64,000 bases of DNA from a virus: positions 1-64,000 of IMG/VR virus record IMGVR_UViG_3300025889_000083; one strand, written 5' to 3'. Below are positions 1 to 9,123 of this stretch, one piece after another (position 1 is the first letter of the stretch; the number at the start of each line of letters is the position of its first letter). The notes below the pieces were generated by a model that was given only the letters and a program-made list of their open reading frames with translations, did no database searches and had not been told where the DNA came from. A program made the position numbers and the translations under genes.

Positions 1-1
1 A

Positions 2-100
2 ATGGAATTAGTAATATCAGACACAGTTTATACTTCGCTAGTGGTGGTAACACTCGGTGCATTTGGTATAAGCGAGGCAGGAAAAGCATTTGGAAAATAG
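2..100 (+). CDS. 3' end of a small membrane protein (probably partial at the window edge)
   Basis: Open frame MELVISDTVYTSLVVVTLGAFGISEAGKAFGK* with a hydrophobic segment; its stop TAG lies inside the downstream promoter motif. Confidence 0.5.
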   Translation: MELVISDTVYTSLVVVTLGAFGISEAGKAFGK

Positions 101-132
101 TTCTTGACAACAAGTAATAAATTTAGTATAAT
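95..132 (+). promoter_or_regulatory. sigma70-type phage promoter
   Basis: AAATAGTTC-TTGACA(104-109)-17 bp-TATAAT(127-132). Confidence 0.9.
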
Positions 133-140
133 ATACTTCT

Positions 141-734
141 ATGAATCTGTTTTATCTCGATAATAATTTAGACAAGTGTGCCGAGGCACATGTAGACCGC
201 CATGTAGTAAAAATGATACTCGAGGCGGGGCAGATACTCTGCACTAATATCTGGATAGATCAAGTACTTGGCTTTGTGCCTCGTATGTTGGAAAAGGAAG
301 AACGAAAACTTCTATTAGAAGCAAAAGCAAAAGTAAAGGACTTACCGATTGAGGAAAGACCGATACCTTACTTACCTACTATGGAAAATCATCCGAGTAC
401 GATCTGGGCTCGTTCTTCCTTAGACAACTTCGAGTGGACTCACTGCTACGCTAATGCACTTAATGATGAGTATTATTATCGTTATGGTAAGCAACACAAG
501 TCATGTGTGGAAGTAATTAATAAATTACCAGACCCACAAAACATGCCCAGACTGGGCTTTACCGAGTTTGCACTGGCTATGCCAGATGAACTCAAAGATC
601 CTGCAGACCCCATCGGGTCATACAGGAGATACTACCATGCCGACAAAGCAACCTTTGCTAGTTGGAAAAACAGAGAGAAACCCGAGTGGTGGAATGAAGA
701 TGAAGCGTGGTATGATCGTAGGATTACAAGATGA
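141..734 (+). CDS. pyrimidine-dimer DNA glycosylase (DenV/endonuclease V-like)
   Basis: N-terminal MNLFYLD...DRHVVKMILEAGQILCT, NHPSTIW and YRRYY motifs typical of the family. Confidence 0.8.
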   Translation: MNLFYLDNNLDKCAEAHVDRHVVKMILEAGQILCTNIWIDQVLGFVPRMLEKEERKLLLEAKAKVKDLPIEERPIPYLPTMENHPSTIWARSSLDNFEWTHCYANALNDEYYYRYGKQHKSCVEVINKLPDPQNMPRLGFTEFALAMPDELKDPADPIGSYRRYYHADKATFASWKNREKPEWWNEDEAWYDRRITR

Positions 735-916
735 AAACATACGAAATAAATGGTAAAAGAGTTACCTTTCCAGAAAGTTGGACAGAAGAACAATGCCAAG
801 CATGGATTAAAAAGGCAACTGGAGATCTAGTGCTTCGCAGAAATTTAAGAATGATTAAAAAGGATGGGAGTACACAGTTATTAAACGCCCATAGAATGCA
901 TGGAAAACGGCACTAA
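731..916 (+). CDS. hypothetical protein
   Basis: 61-aa ORF, ATGA-coupled to the upstream gene. Confidence 0.55.
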   Translation: MKTYEINGKRVTFPESWTEEQCQAWIKKATGDLVLRRNLRMIKKDGSTQLLNAHRMHGKRH

Positions 917-1106
917 GATAGGAATATTAGGAGAAAGTATGAAAACTTTAACACACAGTCAGATGCTAAGAAATAATTTAGAAAAACAAGAGAAGCAAGT
1001 TAAAGACTTAATTGTAAATCTTGAGTCTCAATTATCTGAAGCATACGAATTACTACATAAAGTAGAAGGTGGTATTGAAGTTATTGATGAGCTAAACAAG
1101 AAGTGA
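900..1106 (+). CDS. small coiled-coil hypothetical protein (likely start at ATG 939)
   Basis: Heptad pattern; AGGAG Shine-Dalgarno upstream of MKTLTHS. Confidence 0.6.
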   Translation: MENGTKIGILGESMKTLTHSQMLRNNLEKQEKQVKDLIVNLESQLSEAYELLHKVEGGIEVIDELNKK

Positions 1107-1702
1107 TTCATATAGTCGATGACTTCTATCCAAATCCAGACGAAGTAAGAGCAAAAGCTCTTGCTTTGCCACGTTTATCAGGAACAGGAAAGAAAGAAGT
1201 CAGACACCCAGGCTCACGAACTGATGGTACTTTTAGTGATGAGAATAGAATCTATTTAAGAAATAGATTTAGTAAAATACTAAATAAAAATGTAGTAGCT
1301 TTTATTAAAGGCAACAGGGGAACAAATTTTAACTACTCAGAAAATACAGATGAATTTAACTGGGTACATTTCGACTGGACAGTCGATAGATATGGAACAG
1401 AGTACAATGTATGGGCTTCAGTTTTATATCTAACTCCTGATGCACCACTAAACGCAGGAACTGCTCTTTTTAGACATATTGAATCAAAAGATCTTAGAAT
1501 AAAAGGAGTATGGGACAAAGGAGATCCATGGAAAGGTGATTGGTTTGGTACAACAGGACAAAAGTATGAGCCTCATACACTAATAGGAAATATATACAAT
1601 CGTTGTATATTATATAGAGGTGATTACTACCATACAGCAATTAATGCAGGTTTTCCAAAAGGAAGGCTTACACAAGTAACATTTTTTCAGGCAGAAAAAT
1701 AA
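1103..1702 (+). CDS. 2OG-Fe(II) oxygenase-like protein (DUF6445-like)
   Basis: IVDDFYPNP, HFD (HxD), VLYLTP..AGT, NRCILY..YH and a terminal Arg (RLTQVTF). Confidence 0.7.
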   Translation: MIHIVDDFYPNPDEVRAKALALPRLSGTGKKEVRHPGSRTDGTFSDENRIYLRNRFSKILNKNVVAFIKGNRGTNFNYSENTDEFNWVHFDWTVDRYGTEYNVWASVLYLTPDAPLNAGTALFRHIESKDLRIKGVWDKGDPWKGDWFGTTGQKYEPHTLIGNIYNRCILYRGDYYHTAINAGFPKGRLTQVTFFQAEK

Positions 1703-1965
1703 TGTATAAGTTTAACGAAGACAAAGTTTTAGAAGAACTCACAAAGTACATTGATGGAACATACGATCAACACTATAGTATGAATAAAATCCAGTCTACT
1801 GAGTTCATATTTGATGCGAATCATGGCGATGGATTCTGCATTGGAAATATAATTAAGTATGCACAGCGATATGGCAAAAAGAATGGCTATAATCGAGCAG
1901 ACTTACTTAAAATCGCACACTATACGATAATATTATTAGGGGCAAAAATTGAGAATAAAGAGTAA
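1702..1965 (+). CDS. DUF3310 / T7 gp1.7-like nucleotide kinase
   Basis: HY...GFCIGNIIKYAQRYGKKNG...DLLK signature. Confidence 0.75.
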   Translation: MYKFNEDKVLEELTKYIDGTYDQHYSMNKIQSTEFIFDANHGDGFCIGNIIKYAQRYGKKNGYNRADLLKIAHYTIILLGAKIENKE

Positions 1966-2593
1966 AAAGACAGAAAAACTGACAAAAGCAAACATAGCAA
2001 AAGTCATTGGGTTTTTAGAAGGCGAAAATCCAATAACAAAAAAAGAAGCATGTGGTATATTAAATATAGCATATAATACCACAAGATTAGACAAAATTAT
2101 ACTTGACTACAAAGAAGATGAAGCCCACAGAGCTATGATGAGGTCAAGAAATAGAGGCAAAGGTGCAACAGAGTGGGAAATACAGCAAGCCGTCTCAAAA
2201 TACATGCAAGGATTTAGTATCCAACAAATTGCAAACAGTTTATACAGAAGTAACGCTTTCATCAAGTCATTGATCGAAAGAGTTGGAGTTCCTCAAAAAC
2301 AGTCAGATGGAACTTACTATCTGCCAGATGAATGTATGGCAGAAGAATTTAATGCGGGAGAGAAAGTCTGGAGTGCAAAGTATAACGCTCCAGCAATAGT
2401 AGAAAAAGAAATCACCAATATGGATTATGTGGAAAAATATGGTAGCAAGTGTTATCATATCTATGTGCTAGAAAAAGGTGATATGGAAAAAACATTCTTT
2501 CCAACAGCAACTGACATTGGATTTCATGCAGCACAGCTCGCATATGATCTAGGCAGTTTAAGGCATTTAGAAAAATATGGAGTTAACATATAG
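1949..2593 (+). CDS. D2: T5 D2-like protein
   Basis: ITKKEACGILNIAYNTTRL motif, an HTH-like segment, and position upstream of D3. Confidence 0.6.
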   Translation: MRIKSKKTEKLTKANIAKVIGFLEGENPITKKEACGILNIAYNTTRLDKIILDYKEDEAHRAMMRSRNRGKGATEWEIQQAVSKYMQGFSIQQIANSLYRSNAFIKSLIERVGVPQKQSDGTYYLPDECMAEEFNAGEKVWSAKYNAPAIVEKEITNMDYVEKYGSKCYHIYVLEKGDMEKTFFPTATDIGFHAAQLAYDLGSLRHLEKYGVNI

Positions 2594-2864
2594 TATACTA
2601 GCATTTTATCTTGCTAGTTGGATTATGTTATTTGCAAGAACATGGATTCCTGCTATGAAAATTATTGGTATATTTGATCCAAAGAATCCTGTGTATTATC
2701 ACAGGCTTTCTGCGTGGTTAGTATATGCAAGTTTAATATTTTTAGCAGTTCCATTTCTCATGCAAGTAATTTTTAGTGATAGACAACAAAATAAATTTGT
2801 CTGGAATTTTATAGGAGGAGTAAGCCCATGTACGCTGGAACACTTTGGTACCAAGCCCAAGTAA
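2577..2864 (+). CDS. small membrane protein
   Basis: Two hydrophobic helices; overlaps both neighbours. Confidence 0.55.
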   Translation: MELTYSILAFYLASWIMLFARTWIPAMKIIGIFDPKNPVYYHRLSAWLVYASLIFLAVPFLMQVIFSDRQQNKFVWNFIGGVSPCTLEHFGTKPK

Positions 2865-3034
2865 AACATTGGGAAAGCAAAATAGCAGAAGCGAAAGCAG
2901 TGCTCAAAACTTACTATGAAAATAGCGTAGGTATTGGTGAGCATAGCAAATTATTAGAAGAATTTGTAGTATGGCAACAGCAGTTGACTGAAGCCGAGGA
3001 TAATCTTAAATCTTTACAGGAGAATTGGGGATGA
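2828..3034 (+). CDS. small coiled-coil hypothetical protein
   Basis: AGGAGG Shine-Dalgarno; NSVGIGEH hairpin between two helices. Confidence 0.65.
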   Translation: MYAGTLWYQAQVKHWESKIAEAKAVLKTYYENSVGIGEHSKLLEEFVVWQQQLTEAEDNLKSLQENWG

Positions 3035-3192
3035 CACACAGTGCATTACAGTGCGCAATGAAGTTAAAAGTTTTATTAGATAAACTAGAAAAAATAGAAA
3101 GTGAAGCACCACAAAAACACGAAATTGATGACGCTAAACAATTAGCAAGAGAGATAGCAAATGAATCCGAGTTTATTTCTTCACTCAAATAA
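3031..3192 (+). CDS. small hypothetical protein, 53 aa (not in the ORF track)
   Basis: MTHSALQCAMKLKVLLDKLEKIESEAPQKHEIDDAKQLAREIANESEFISSLK*; ATGA overlap with the upstream stop and AGGAG upstream. Confidence 0.6.
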   Translation: MTHSALQCAMKLKVLLDKLEKIESEAPQKHEIDDAKQLAREIANESEFISSLK

Positions 3193-3517
3193 TAAGTTTA
3201 TCGGAGTCGTAAGAAATCCTTACGAAAGAATTATTGCAGCTTATGTAGATGGTTTGTATTGGATCGGACTTAGTGCTTGGATTGATGAAATTAAGCCACT
3301 TAGTCAAGTAGAAACCTACAAAGGTGCAGATTATATTATTACGCTTGAAAATTGGGAACAGGATTTGCACCATCAAAAAATAGTGGTAAACGACCCAAGT
3401 CCTTTACCAACAACACGCAGAGTAAGTAACTATCAAAGATGGTACAGTAAAGAATTATTAAAGCAAGTAAACCCGATAGTCCAGCCTGACTTAGACAGAT
3501 GGGGCTATAGCTTTTAA
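3161..3517 (+). CDS. truncated sulfotransferase-like protein
   Basis: VVRNPYERII 3'-phosphate-binding-like motif and a C-terminal D..RWGYSF; lacks the HxPKxxGT motif. Confidence 0.5.
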   Translation: MNPSLFLHSNNKFIGVVRNPYERIIAAYVDGLYWIGLSAWIDEIKPLSQVETYKGADYIITLENWEQDLHHQKIVVNDPSPLPTTRRVSNYQRWYSKELLKQVNPIVQPDLDRWGYSF

Positions 3518-3556
3518 AAAATAGTTCTTGACAAAATGCTTATGGCGTATTATAAT
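3516..3556 (+). promoter_or_regulatory. sigma70-type phage promoter
   Basis: AAAAAATAGTTC-TTGACA(3528-3533)-17 bp-TATAAT(3551-3556). Confidence 0.9.
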
Positions 3557-3566
3557 ATATTTATAA

Positions 3567-4034
3567 ATGAGTGATAGATTTTACAGCCAGATGATTGACG
3601 CAACAGGTTGGGCACCTGGCTTCCGTAATCAGTTCACAAAACCAACACATATTACTAGGAGAAGAAGAGTGGCTTGGACAGAAGAAAGTAAAGCACAGGC
3701 GATTGAGATGTATTCCAGTGAGGAACCAACTCCTGAAAATTCTATGGAAATAGTTAAGTATATTGCAGAAGAGTTAGGCGAGAGCCCAAACGGCGTTCGC
3801 ATGATCTTAACTAAAGCTGGTGTCTATGTAAAGAAAACACCTGCTGCTAGAAGTTCATCAGGCAGTAGCGCTGGTTCAACTGGCGGTGGTAGAGTTAATG
3901 TTGCGGCAGCACAGGAAGAATTGACAAGTGCAATTAAAGATGCAGGTCAAGAACCCGATGACGCAATTATCTCAAAACTAACAGGTAAGGCAGCTCAATA
4001 TTTTGCTTCGTTGATTAACGCAATCAACGAGTAG
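3567..4034 (+). CDS. D3: T5 D3-like DNA-binding protein (alternative SD-led GTG start at 3669)
   Basis: AWTEE...PTPENSMEIV..IAEELGESPNGVRMILTKAGVYVKK resembles T5 D3. Confidence 0.75.
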   Translation: MSDRFYSQMIDATGWAPGFRNQFTKPTHITRRRRVAWTEESKAQAIEMYSSEEPTPENSMEIVKYIAEELGESPNGVRMILTKAGVYVKKTPAARSSSGSSAGSTGGGRVNVAAAQEELTSAIKDAGQEPDDAIISKLTGKAAQYFASLINAINE

Positions 4035-4047
4035 GTTAACCCCCTGA

Positions 4048-4084
4048 CCACGGCACGGAGCAATCTGTGTCGTGGATTTTTATT
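4048..4084 (+). terminator. rho-independent terminator
   Basis: CCACGGCACGGA-GCAA-TCTGTGTCGTGG stem with GNRA loop, followed by ATTTTTATT. Confidence 0.8.
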
Positions 4085-4159
4085 GACTAGAATTTTAACC
4101 ATGTAATGCGGTACCATAGATGGGAAGGTAAAAGAGTTTAACAACCCACAAGGAAACGC

Positions 4160-4432
4160 ATGAAAAAAGAAGAATTTGTTAAAAATTTAGAAAAAGCTGG
4201 GGATGCTGTTGTAACTTACCGAAGTCAAAATAGTCGCAGACTAAAATACAATGTCTGCACAATGGACTTTGATAATAAATACATACAGTCAAAAAGAAAC
4301 CGAGCAAAACCAAATCAACATCAGGTACTGTTGTTTTGTTGGGATACTGACAGTTATAGACTGTTAGCACCAGAAAATGTAACATCCATCGTACCTCTTG
4401 GAGCAATTCTAAAAAATGATAGACCTAGATAA
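4160..4432 (+). CDS. conserved T5-like hypothetical protein
   Basis: Position between D3 and the PC4-like gene; YNVCTMDFDNKYI and LLFCWDTDSYR. Confidence 0.65.
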   Translation: MKKEEFVKNLEKAGDAVVTYRSQNSRRLKYNVCTMDFDNKYIQSKRNRAKPNQHQVLLFCWDTDSYRLLAPENVTSIVPLGAILKNDRPR

Positions 4433-4721
4433 TGCTCCACAAGTATACGAGAAGATAATACATTACAACGAAGAAAAACATGAACAGATTCGCTTAACTG
4501 TGAATGAGTTTTATGGTACAGAGTATCTGCATATCAGAAAATACTACCAAGACTTTGACGAAGAATGGAAGCCATCTAAGGATGGTATTGCTATGCAATT
4601 AGACATGGATAATACTAGAAATCTATTTGATGCACTTGTAGAAATACTTTCCATATCTGAAGTGAAAGATGTCTTGGAAACACACTTCAAGGATAAACTT
4701 GATAGTATCTATCTCCCATAA
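4416..4721 (+). CDS. PC4/p15-like ssDNA-binding protein
   Basis: IRLTVNEFYGTEYLHIRKYYQD...WKPSKDGI matches the PC4 signature; T5 has a syntenic homologue. Confidence 0.8.
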   Translation: MIDLDNAPQVYEKIIHYNEEKHEQIRLTVNEFYGTEYLHIRKYYQDFDEEWKPSKDGIAMQLDMDNTRNLFDALVEILSISEVKDVLETHFKDKLDSIYLP

Positions 4722-5316
4722 GTTTAAGTTCTTTCATGTGCCAAAGTGCGCAGGAACTGCTATGCGTCAAATATTATTCCCCATTTCTACAACTGAAAAA
4801 TATTGGATCAAGTCTAAGTCCTACGCAGGAAAAAGACAAGGCATAGCAGAAGGTAGAGGATATTGGAATAGCGATCACGCCCAGCACAGCGGCGCCGACA
4901 AAGCGGTACAGATATTTCCTGAGTTTTACTCGTGGGCATTTGTGCGGAATCCTTTTGATAGAGTAGTCTCCTCGTGGCTAAAGCGACAAAAAGACGGACA
5001 GGGCGATACAGATGGTAGCTTTGAAAATTGGGTTGATAGTGGATGCGCTGGACCTGCTACTTATAATCAAATGGTAGATATACTTTGTGATAGTAGTGGA
5101 AATATTCTTTGTGATTTTGTCGGCAGATATGAGAATCTAAATGAAGACTGGAAAAAAGTAGCAGATCATTTAGGCTTCGATGATGAACTCCCCCATTTAA
5201 ATCAATCTTACCCCCACCAGTACCAAGACTACTATAAATCTGACGAAACAAGAAGGAAAGTAGTGGATAAATTCTATGATGACTTTCAAGTTTTTCAGTA
5301 TGATACCCAAAAATAG
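4669..5316 (+). CDS. PAPS-dependent sulfotransferase (Sulfotransfer_2-like)
   Basis: FFHVPKCAGT (5'-PSB), FVRNPFDRVVSSW (3'-PB) and FVGRYENLNED. Confidence 0.85.
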   Translation: MSWKHTSRINLIVSISHKFKFFHVPKCAGTAMRQILFPISTTEKYWIKSKSYAGKRQGIAEGRGYWNSDHAQHSGADKAVQIFPEFYSWAFVRNPFDRVVSSWLKRQKDGQGDTDGSFENWVDSGCAGPATYNQMVDILCDSSGNILCDFVGRYENLNEDWKKVADHLGFDDELPHLNQSYPHQYQDYYKSDETRRKVVDKFYDDFQVFQYDTQK

Positions 5317-5348
5317 TTCTTGACATCTCCCCCAAATTCGAGTATAAT
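5309..5348 (+). promoter_or_regulatory. sigma70-type phage promoter
   Basis: AAAAATAGTTC-TTGACA(5320-5325)-17 bp-TATAAT(5343-5348). Confidence 0.9.
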
Positions 5349-5354
5349 ATACTC

Positions 5355-6299
5355 ATGTTAGAAAATTACCTACGCAGATGCCGAATTGCGTATTACAATG
5401 GCAAACCAATCATACCTGATGATGTCTATGACAGACTGACTGAAGGCACGATTTTTGACCAAGAAGTTGGTGATGGCACAAATGCTCGAATACAGCACGC
5501 CTATCCAATGTATTCGCTACAGAAGTGTTTCGTAGGTGAGCAACTTATATCGTATGATAGTGTAACAGTAAATACTCCCAAGCTAGATGGTGCGGCAGTA
5601 TCTATTCTCTATCTACGAGGTGAATTTCAACGAGCCTTAACTCGAGGTGATGGTAAGCGTGGTATCGACATATCGGACAAAATGCGTTTCCTTGTTCCAA
5701 CTTCGTTACCATATTTCATTGACGAAGACAGGCTAGTTCAAATCACAGGAGAAGTAGTTGCTCCTAAAGAAATTCCAAATGCAAGAAACTATGCGGCGGG
5801 TGCACTCAATCTAAAAGACTTAGATGAGTTTCAAAATCGTGACCTCACATTTATTGCATACGGAGTCCAACCATACTTTACGGAAAGTTGGACACATGAC
5901 TTAGAGATCCTCGATAAGTGTGGATTTCAGCATGTCATGTTGAGTGAATACAATATGTTTCCTCACGATGGCAGAGTTGTAAGAGTAGACGCCTATGATG
6001 AATTTGATAAACTTGGCTACACACAACACCATCCAAGAGGAGCATATGCGCTTAAAGATAGATCAGAAGGAACTATTACTAAACTACTAGATGTCGTATG
6101 GCAAGTCGGTAAGTCTGGTGTAGTTAGTCCTGTTGCTATCTTAGAGCCTTGTGTAATCGGTGGAGCGACAGTACAAAGAGCAACATTACATAACATGGGT
6201 TTCATTGACGAACTCGAACTTGAAATCGGGTGTGATGTTGAAGTTATAAGAAGTGGAGAAATTATCCCAAGAATAGTTAGGAGAGTAAATGGATCTTGA
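5355..6299 (+). CDS. ligA: NAD-dependent DNA ligase subunit A (adenylation + OB domains)
   Basis: YY...D..YD, PKLDG, TRGDG, GEV, RNYAAG, ATLHN and GEIIP motifs; ends after the OB fold. Confidence 0.92.
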   Translation: MLENYLRRCRIAYYNGKPIIPDDVYDRLTEGTIFDQEVGDGTNARIQHAYPMYSLQKCFVGEQLISYDSVTVNTPKLDGAAVSILYLRGEFQRALTRGDGKRGIDISDKMRFLVPTSLPYFIDEDRLVQITGEVVAPKEIPNARNYAAGALNLKDLDEFQNRDLTFIAYGVQPYFTESWTHDLEILDKCGFQHVMLSEYNMFPHDGRVVRVDAYDEFDKLGYTQHHPRGAYALKDRSEGTITKLLDVVWQVGKSGVVSPVAILEPCVIGGATVQRATLHNMGFIDELELEIGCDVEVIRSGEIIPRIVRRVNGS

Positions 6300-6534
6300 C
6301 AAACTAAAAGAAAAATTAACACAAGGAATTTGCCTTATTCAATTTGAGAGTGCAAATTCTGGTACTATTTATAAAAGAGAGTATACACTCTGTGAAAGAC
6401 TAATGGATGTTCCAAATCATATTAAAAACTATCAAGGAGATAATATTCTGTGCTATGATCTAGAGTTTAGAAAGTGGGAAGACATTAAACCAAATTCTAT
6501 TCTAAACTGGAAGTTTTATGGAAAAGAAACTTAA
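6289..6534 (+). CDS. small SH3/WYL_2-like beta-barrel protein
   Basis: Pattern ..F...G..R..TL...YDLE..KW. Confidence 0.45.
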   Translation: MDLDKLKEKLTQGICLIQFESANSGTIYKREYTLCERLMDVPNHIKNYQGDNILCYDLEFRKWEDIKPNSILNWKFYGKET

Positions 6535-6727
6535 AGCAAAGATCGTAGACAGAATGGATATTCTTGAGCAGATGATGGCTAGGAATATGCACATATCAGA
6601 TCCAAATACAGTTGAAATGATGATTGACAGACTTAGCTATTGCTGGGCAATTCTCAGTGAAGAAGATAGAGATTACATTCAAGGATGTCGATACGCTTTG
6701 GAGGAAAAAATTGAGTGGAGTTTATAA
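6518..6727 (+). CDS. hypothetical protein
   Basis: 69-aa helical ORF overlapping both neighbours. Confidence 0.55.
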   Translation: MEKKLKAKIVDRMDILEQMMARNMHISDPNTVEMMIDRLSYCWAILSEEDRDYIQGCRYALEEKIEWSL

Positions 6728-7076
6728 TCAAACCTACTTTGATAACCATCCCGAAGAAAAAATTCGGGAAGGAGTACTCTATGGCGTTATCCTTGTCAAC
6801 CAAAAGACATGGGAACGTGAATGTATTAAAGTTGGCATCGCTTCAGGTAAAGATTGGAGACATGTCATCAAAAGAAGTCGTGGTTTCAAAGGCTACGACC
6901 TAAGAATACAGAGAACATGGTCTGGCACTATTTATGAGTGCTGGCAACATGAACAGGCACTACATGCAGAGTTTGCATGTGATAGATTTAAACCAACTCA
7001 CAAATTTGGAGGACATACAGAATGTTTCGAAATTACGAGCAGTATTTTAAACAAATTTCCAAAGAAAAACTCTTAG
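6624..7076 (+). CDS. GIY-YIG-superfamily (T5orf172/MUG113-like) protein; likely start TTG ~6711
   Basis: GVLY...IKVGIA...EQALH...GHTECF; GAGG precedes the TTG. Confidence 0.6.
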   Translation: MTDLAIAGQFSVKKIEITFKDVDTLWRKKLSGVYNQTYFDNHPEEKIREGVLYGVILVNQKTWERECIKVGIASGKDWRHVIKRSRGFKGYDLRIQRTWSGTIYECWQHEQALHAEFACDRFKPTHKFGGHTECFEITSSILNKFPKKNS

Positions 7077-7603
7077 AGATAGAGAATTTTCTAACACAAG
7101 AAGAAAGTGAGTATCTTGTTAAAGTTATCTTAGATAAAGAACAAGAAGTTTTAAATATACCTAACCCATTAAAAAGTGCATATACTGGTCTAACTAGACA
7201 ATATTCAGTTTTTAATTGGTTAAACACAAAAGAATTTCAAGCAATAGACTGGGAACATAAGTTTACTAGACTTATTCCAGATCTATTATGTATTCAATGC
7301 TGGGCAAATGTTCTAAGAAAAAATGAATCTTTAGGATGGCACAGACACTCTCTCATCGAGAGTTTTCTTGTGGGAAATATATTCCTAGCGGGTGCACAGA
7401 ACACAACAGAATATGAAGTAGGTTTAATTGAAAATAAAGTGGGAACTCTAGTATTAACTACATCAAAGATGAATCATGCAGTTCCTGTAAATAAGTACGA
7501 ACAACCAAGAATATCACTAGCATTTGATATTCATAATGAAGAATTTTATGATCCAAATAGATGGGTAATTTATGAGAAAAGAAGAACTGATAGCGTTAAT
7601 TAA
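7022..7603 (+). CDS. 2OG-Fe(II) oxygenase-like protein
   Basis: WANV...WHRH, GTLVL...NHAV...PRISLAFD double-stranded beta-helix pattern. Confidence 0.7.
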   Translation: MFRNYEQYFKQISKEKLLEIENFLTQEESEYLVKVILDKEQEVLNIPNPLKSAYTGLTRQYSVFNWLNTKEFQAIDWEHKFTRLIPDLLCIQCWANVLRKNESLGWHRHSLIESFLVGNIFLAGAQNTTEYEVGLIENKVGTLVLTTSKMNHAVPVNKYEQPRISLAFDIHNEEFYDPNRWVIYEKRRTDSVN

Positions 7604-7805
7604 GGCATTACCTACAGAAGATACAAAAGGAGAAATAGTTGGAATATTTTACAACAGACATGGTGAGGTTTATACCACCGATAGTATCCGTATTGATATG
7701 GATGGGGGTAGAATTATACTGGCTCAACAGGGATCAGGTTATCACGAACTTAATAAAAAGAATTGGAAACAGGAATTAAAGTTTTATGAAATACAGGGGC
7801 ATTAG
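7572..7805 (+). CDS. hypothetical protein
   Basis: 77-aa ORF coupled to its neighbours. Confidence 0.55.
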   Translation: MRKEELIALIKALPTEDTKGEIVGIFYNRHGEVYTTDSIRIDMDGGRIILAQQGSGYHELNKKNWKQELKFYEIQGH

Positions 7806-9123
7806 TTCAGGCTTTCATGATGCCGCAGTTGCTTTTGTAAGTAACAATCAAATTACATTCGCTAGTCATAGTGAGAGATTCTCTCGCATCAAAAATGACA
7901 AGCATTTAGATCCAAAATTAGCACAATGTCATAGCTTTGAAAAAACAGTTTTCTACGAAGATGTGGCACTTAAAAATCAAAGACGAGAGAAATTCAACAT
8001 GGCTCCTGTGAAGGTTCCAGAATATCCTTTCGTCAAACATCACCAAAGTCATATGGCAGCAGGCTATTTTACCTGCCCATTCGATACTAAGGATGCAGTA
8101 TGCGTTGTAATAGACGCTATTGGTGAATGGGATACTGTCACCATCTGGAAAGATGGAGTGAAAGTCTACAGTAGGCAGTATCCTTATTCGCTTGGACTAT
8201 TCTATAGTGCAATTACTAAAAGAATAGGATTGAAGCCAAATGAAGATGAGTACATAACAATGGGTATGGCAGCATTTGGAGAGCCAGTATTAGATCTAAA
8301 GTGGGTATGGTACCCACATTATAACTGGCACAAAGGATTTAAGGTTGAAGATTTCAAAGGCGTTCATCCATATGATATCGCCGCATCTGCACAAGCTGAG
8401 TTAGAAAATGAACTTATGAGGATTATGCAGATTGCAAAACAGTATGGAAAAGACTTAATTTATGGGGGCGGGGTCGCTCTCAACTGCGTGGCAAACGCTA
8501 AAATAAGAAACATGTTTAGGAATATGTGGATATTTCCTAATCCTGGCGATGCTGGCAGTAGTCTTGGTGCAATATTATGCGAAACAAGACAACATATAGA
8601 TTTTAAAGACTGCTTTCTTGGATATTTAATTGATAATAGATTAAATCCTAGAGAAGTAGTTGATCATTTATTAAAACATAAAGTAGTAGGAGTTGCAAAT
8701 GGAAGAGCTGAATTTGGTCCTCGTGCTTTGGGTAATCGCAGTTTGCTTGCTGATCCAAGGTATAGCGTTAAAGGAACTGTTAATAGGATAAAGAGAAGGC
8801 AACAGTTTAGACCTTTTGCACCTGCTATTTTAGCAGAATATTTTAACGATTATTTTTATGGAGAAGCAAATGAGTATATGCAGTATACTACAGTCGCTAA
8901 GCATGATTATTCGTCAGTCATACATGTGGATGGAACAAGTAGAACACAGATCGTACGTCCATCGAATAACTCCAGATTGCGACTTATACTAGAAGAATTT
9001 TACGAAAGAACAGGATGTCCTATGTTACTAAACACAAGTTTGAATATTAAAGGTCAACCAATGGTAAATACATGGGAGGACGCACTAGAATTTGAAAAGA
9101 AATACGGAGTGAAAGTATTTTGA
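7786..9123 (+). CDS. O-carbamoyltransferase (NodU/CmcH family)
   Basis: HDAA, HH.SH, GGVALNCVAN, GDAG, EFGPRALGNRS, RPFAP and LLNTSLN motifs. Confidence 0.92.
   Translation: MKYRGISSGFHDAAVAFVSNNQITFASHSERFSRIKNDKHLDPKLAQCHSFEKTVFYEDVALKNQRREKFNMAPVKVPEYPFVKHHQSHMAAGYFTCPFDTKDAVCVVIDAIGEWDTVTIWKDGVKVYSRQYPYSLGLFYSAITKRIGLKPNEDEYITMGMAAFGEPVLDLKWVWYPHYNWHKGFKVEDFKGVHPYDIAASAQAELENELMRIMQIAKQYGKDLIYGGGVALNCVANAKIRNMFRNMWIFPNPGDAGSSLGAILCETRQHIDFKDCFLGYLIDNRLNPREVVDHLLKHKVVGVANGRAEFGPRALGNRSLLADPRYSVKGTVNRIKRRQQFRPFAPAILAEYFNDYFYGEANEYMQYTTVAKHDYSSVIHVDGTSRTQIVRPSNNSRLRLILEEFYERTGCPMLLNTSLNIKGQPMVNTWEDALEFEKKYGVKVF

Noticed and set aside
4083-4159. Possible promoter or ncRNA after the D3 terminator (TTGACT at 4083)
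   Set aside because: No -10 box at 16-18 bp and only weak pairing potential.
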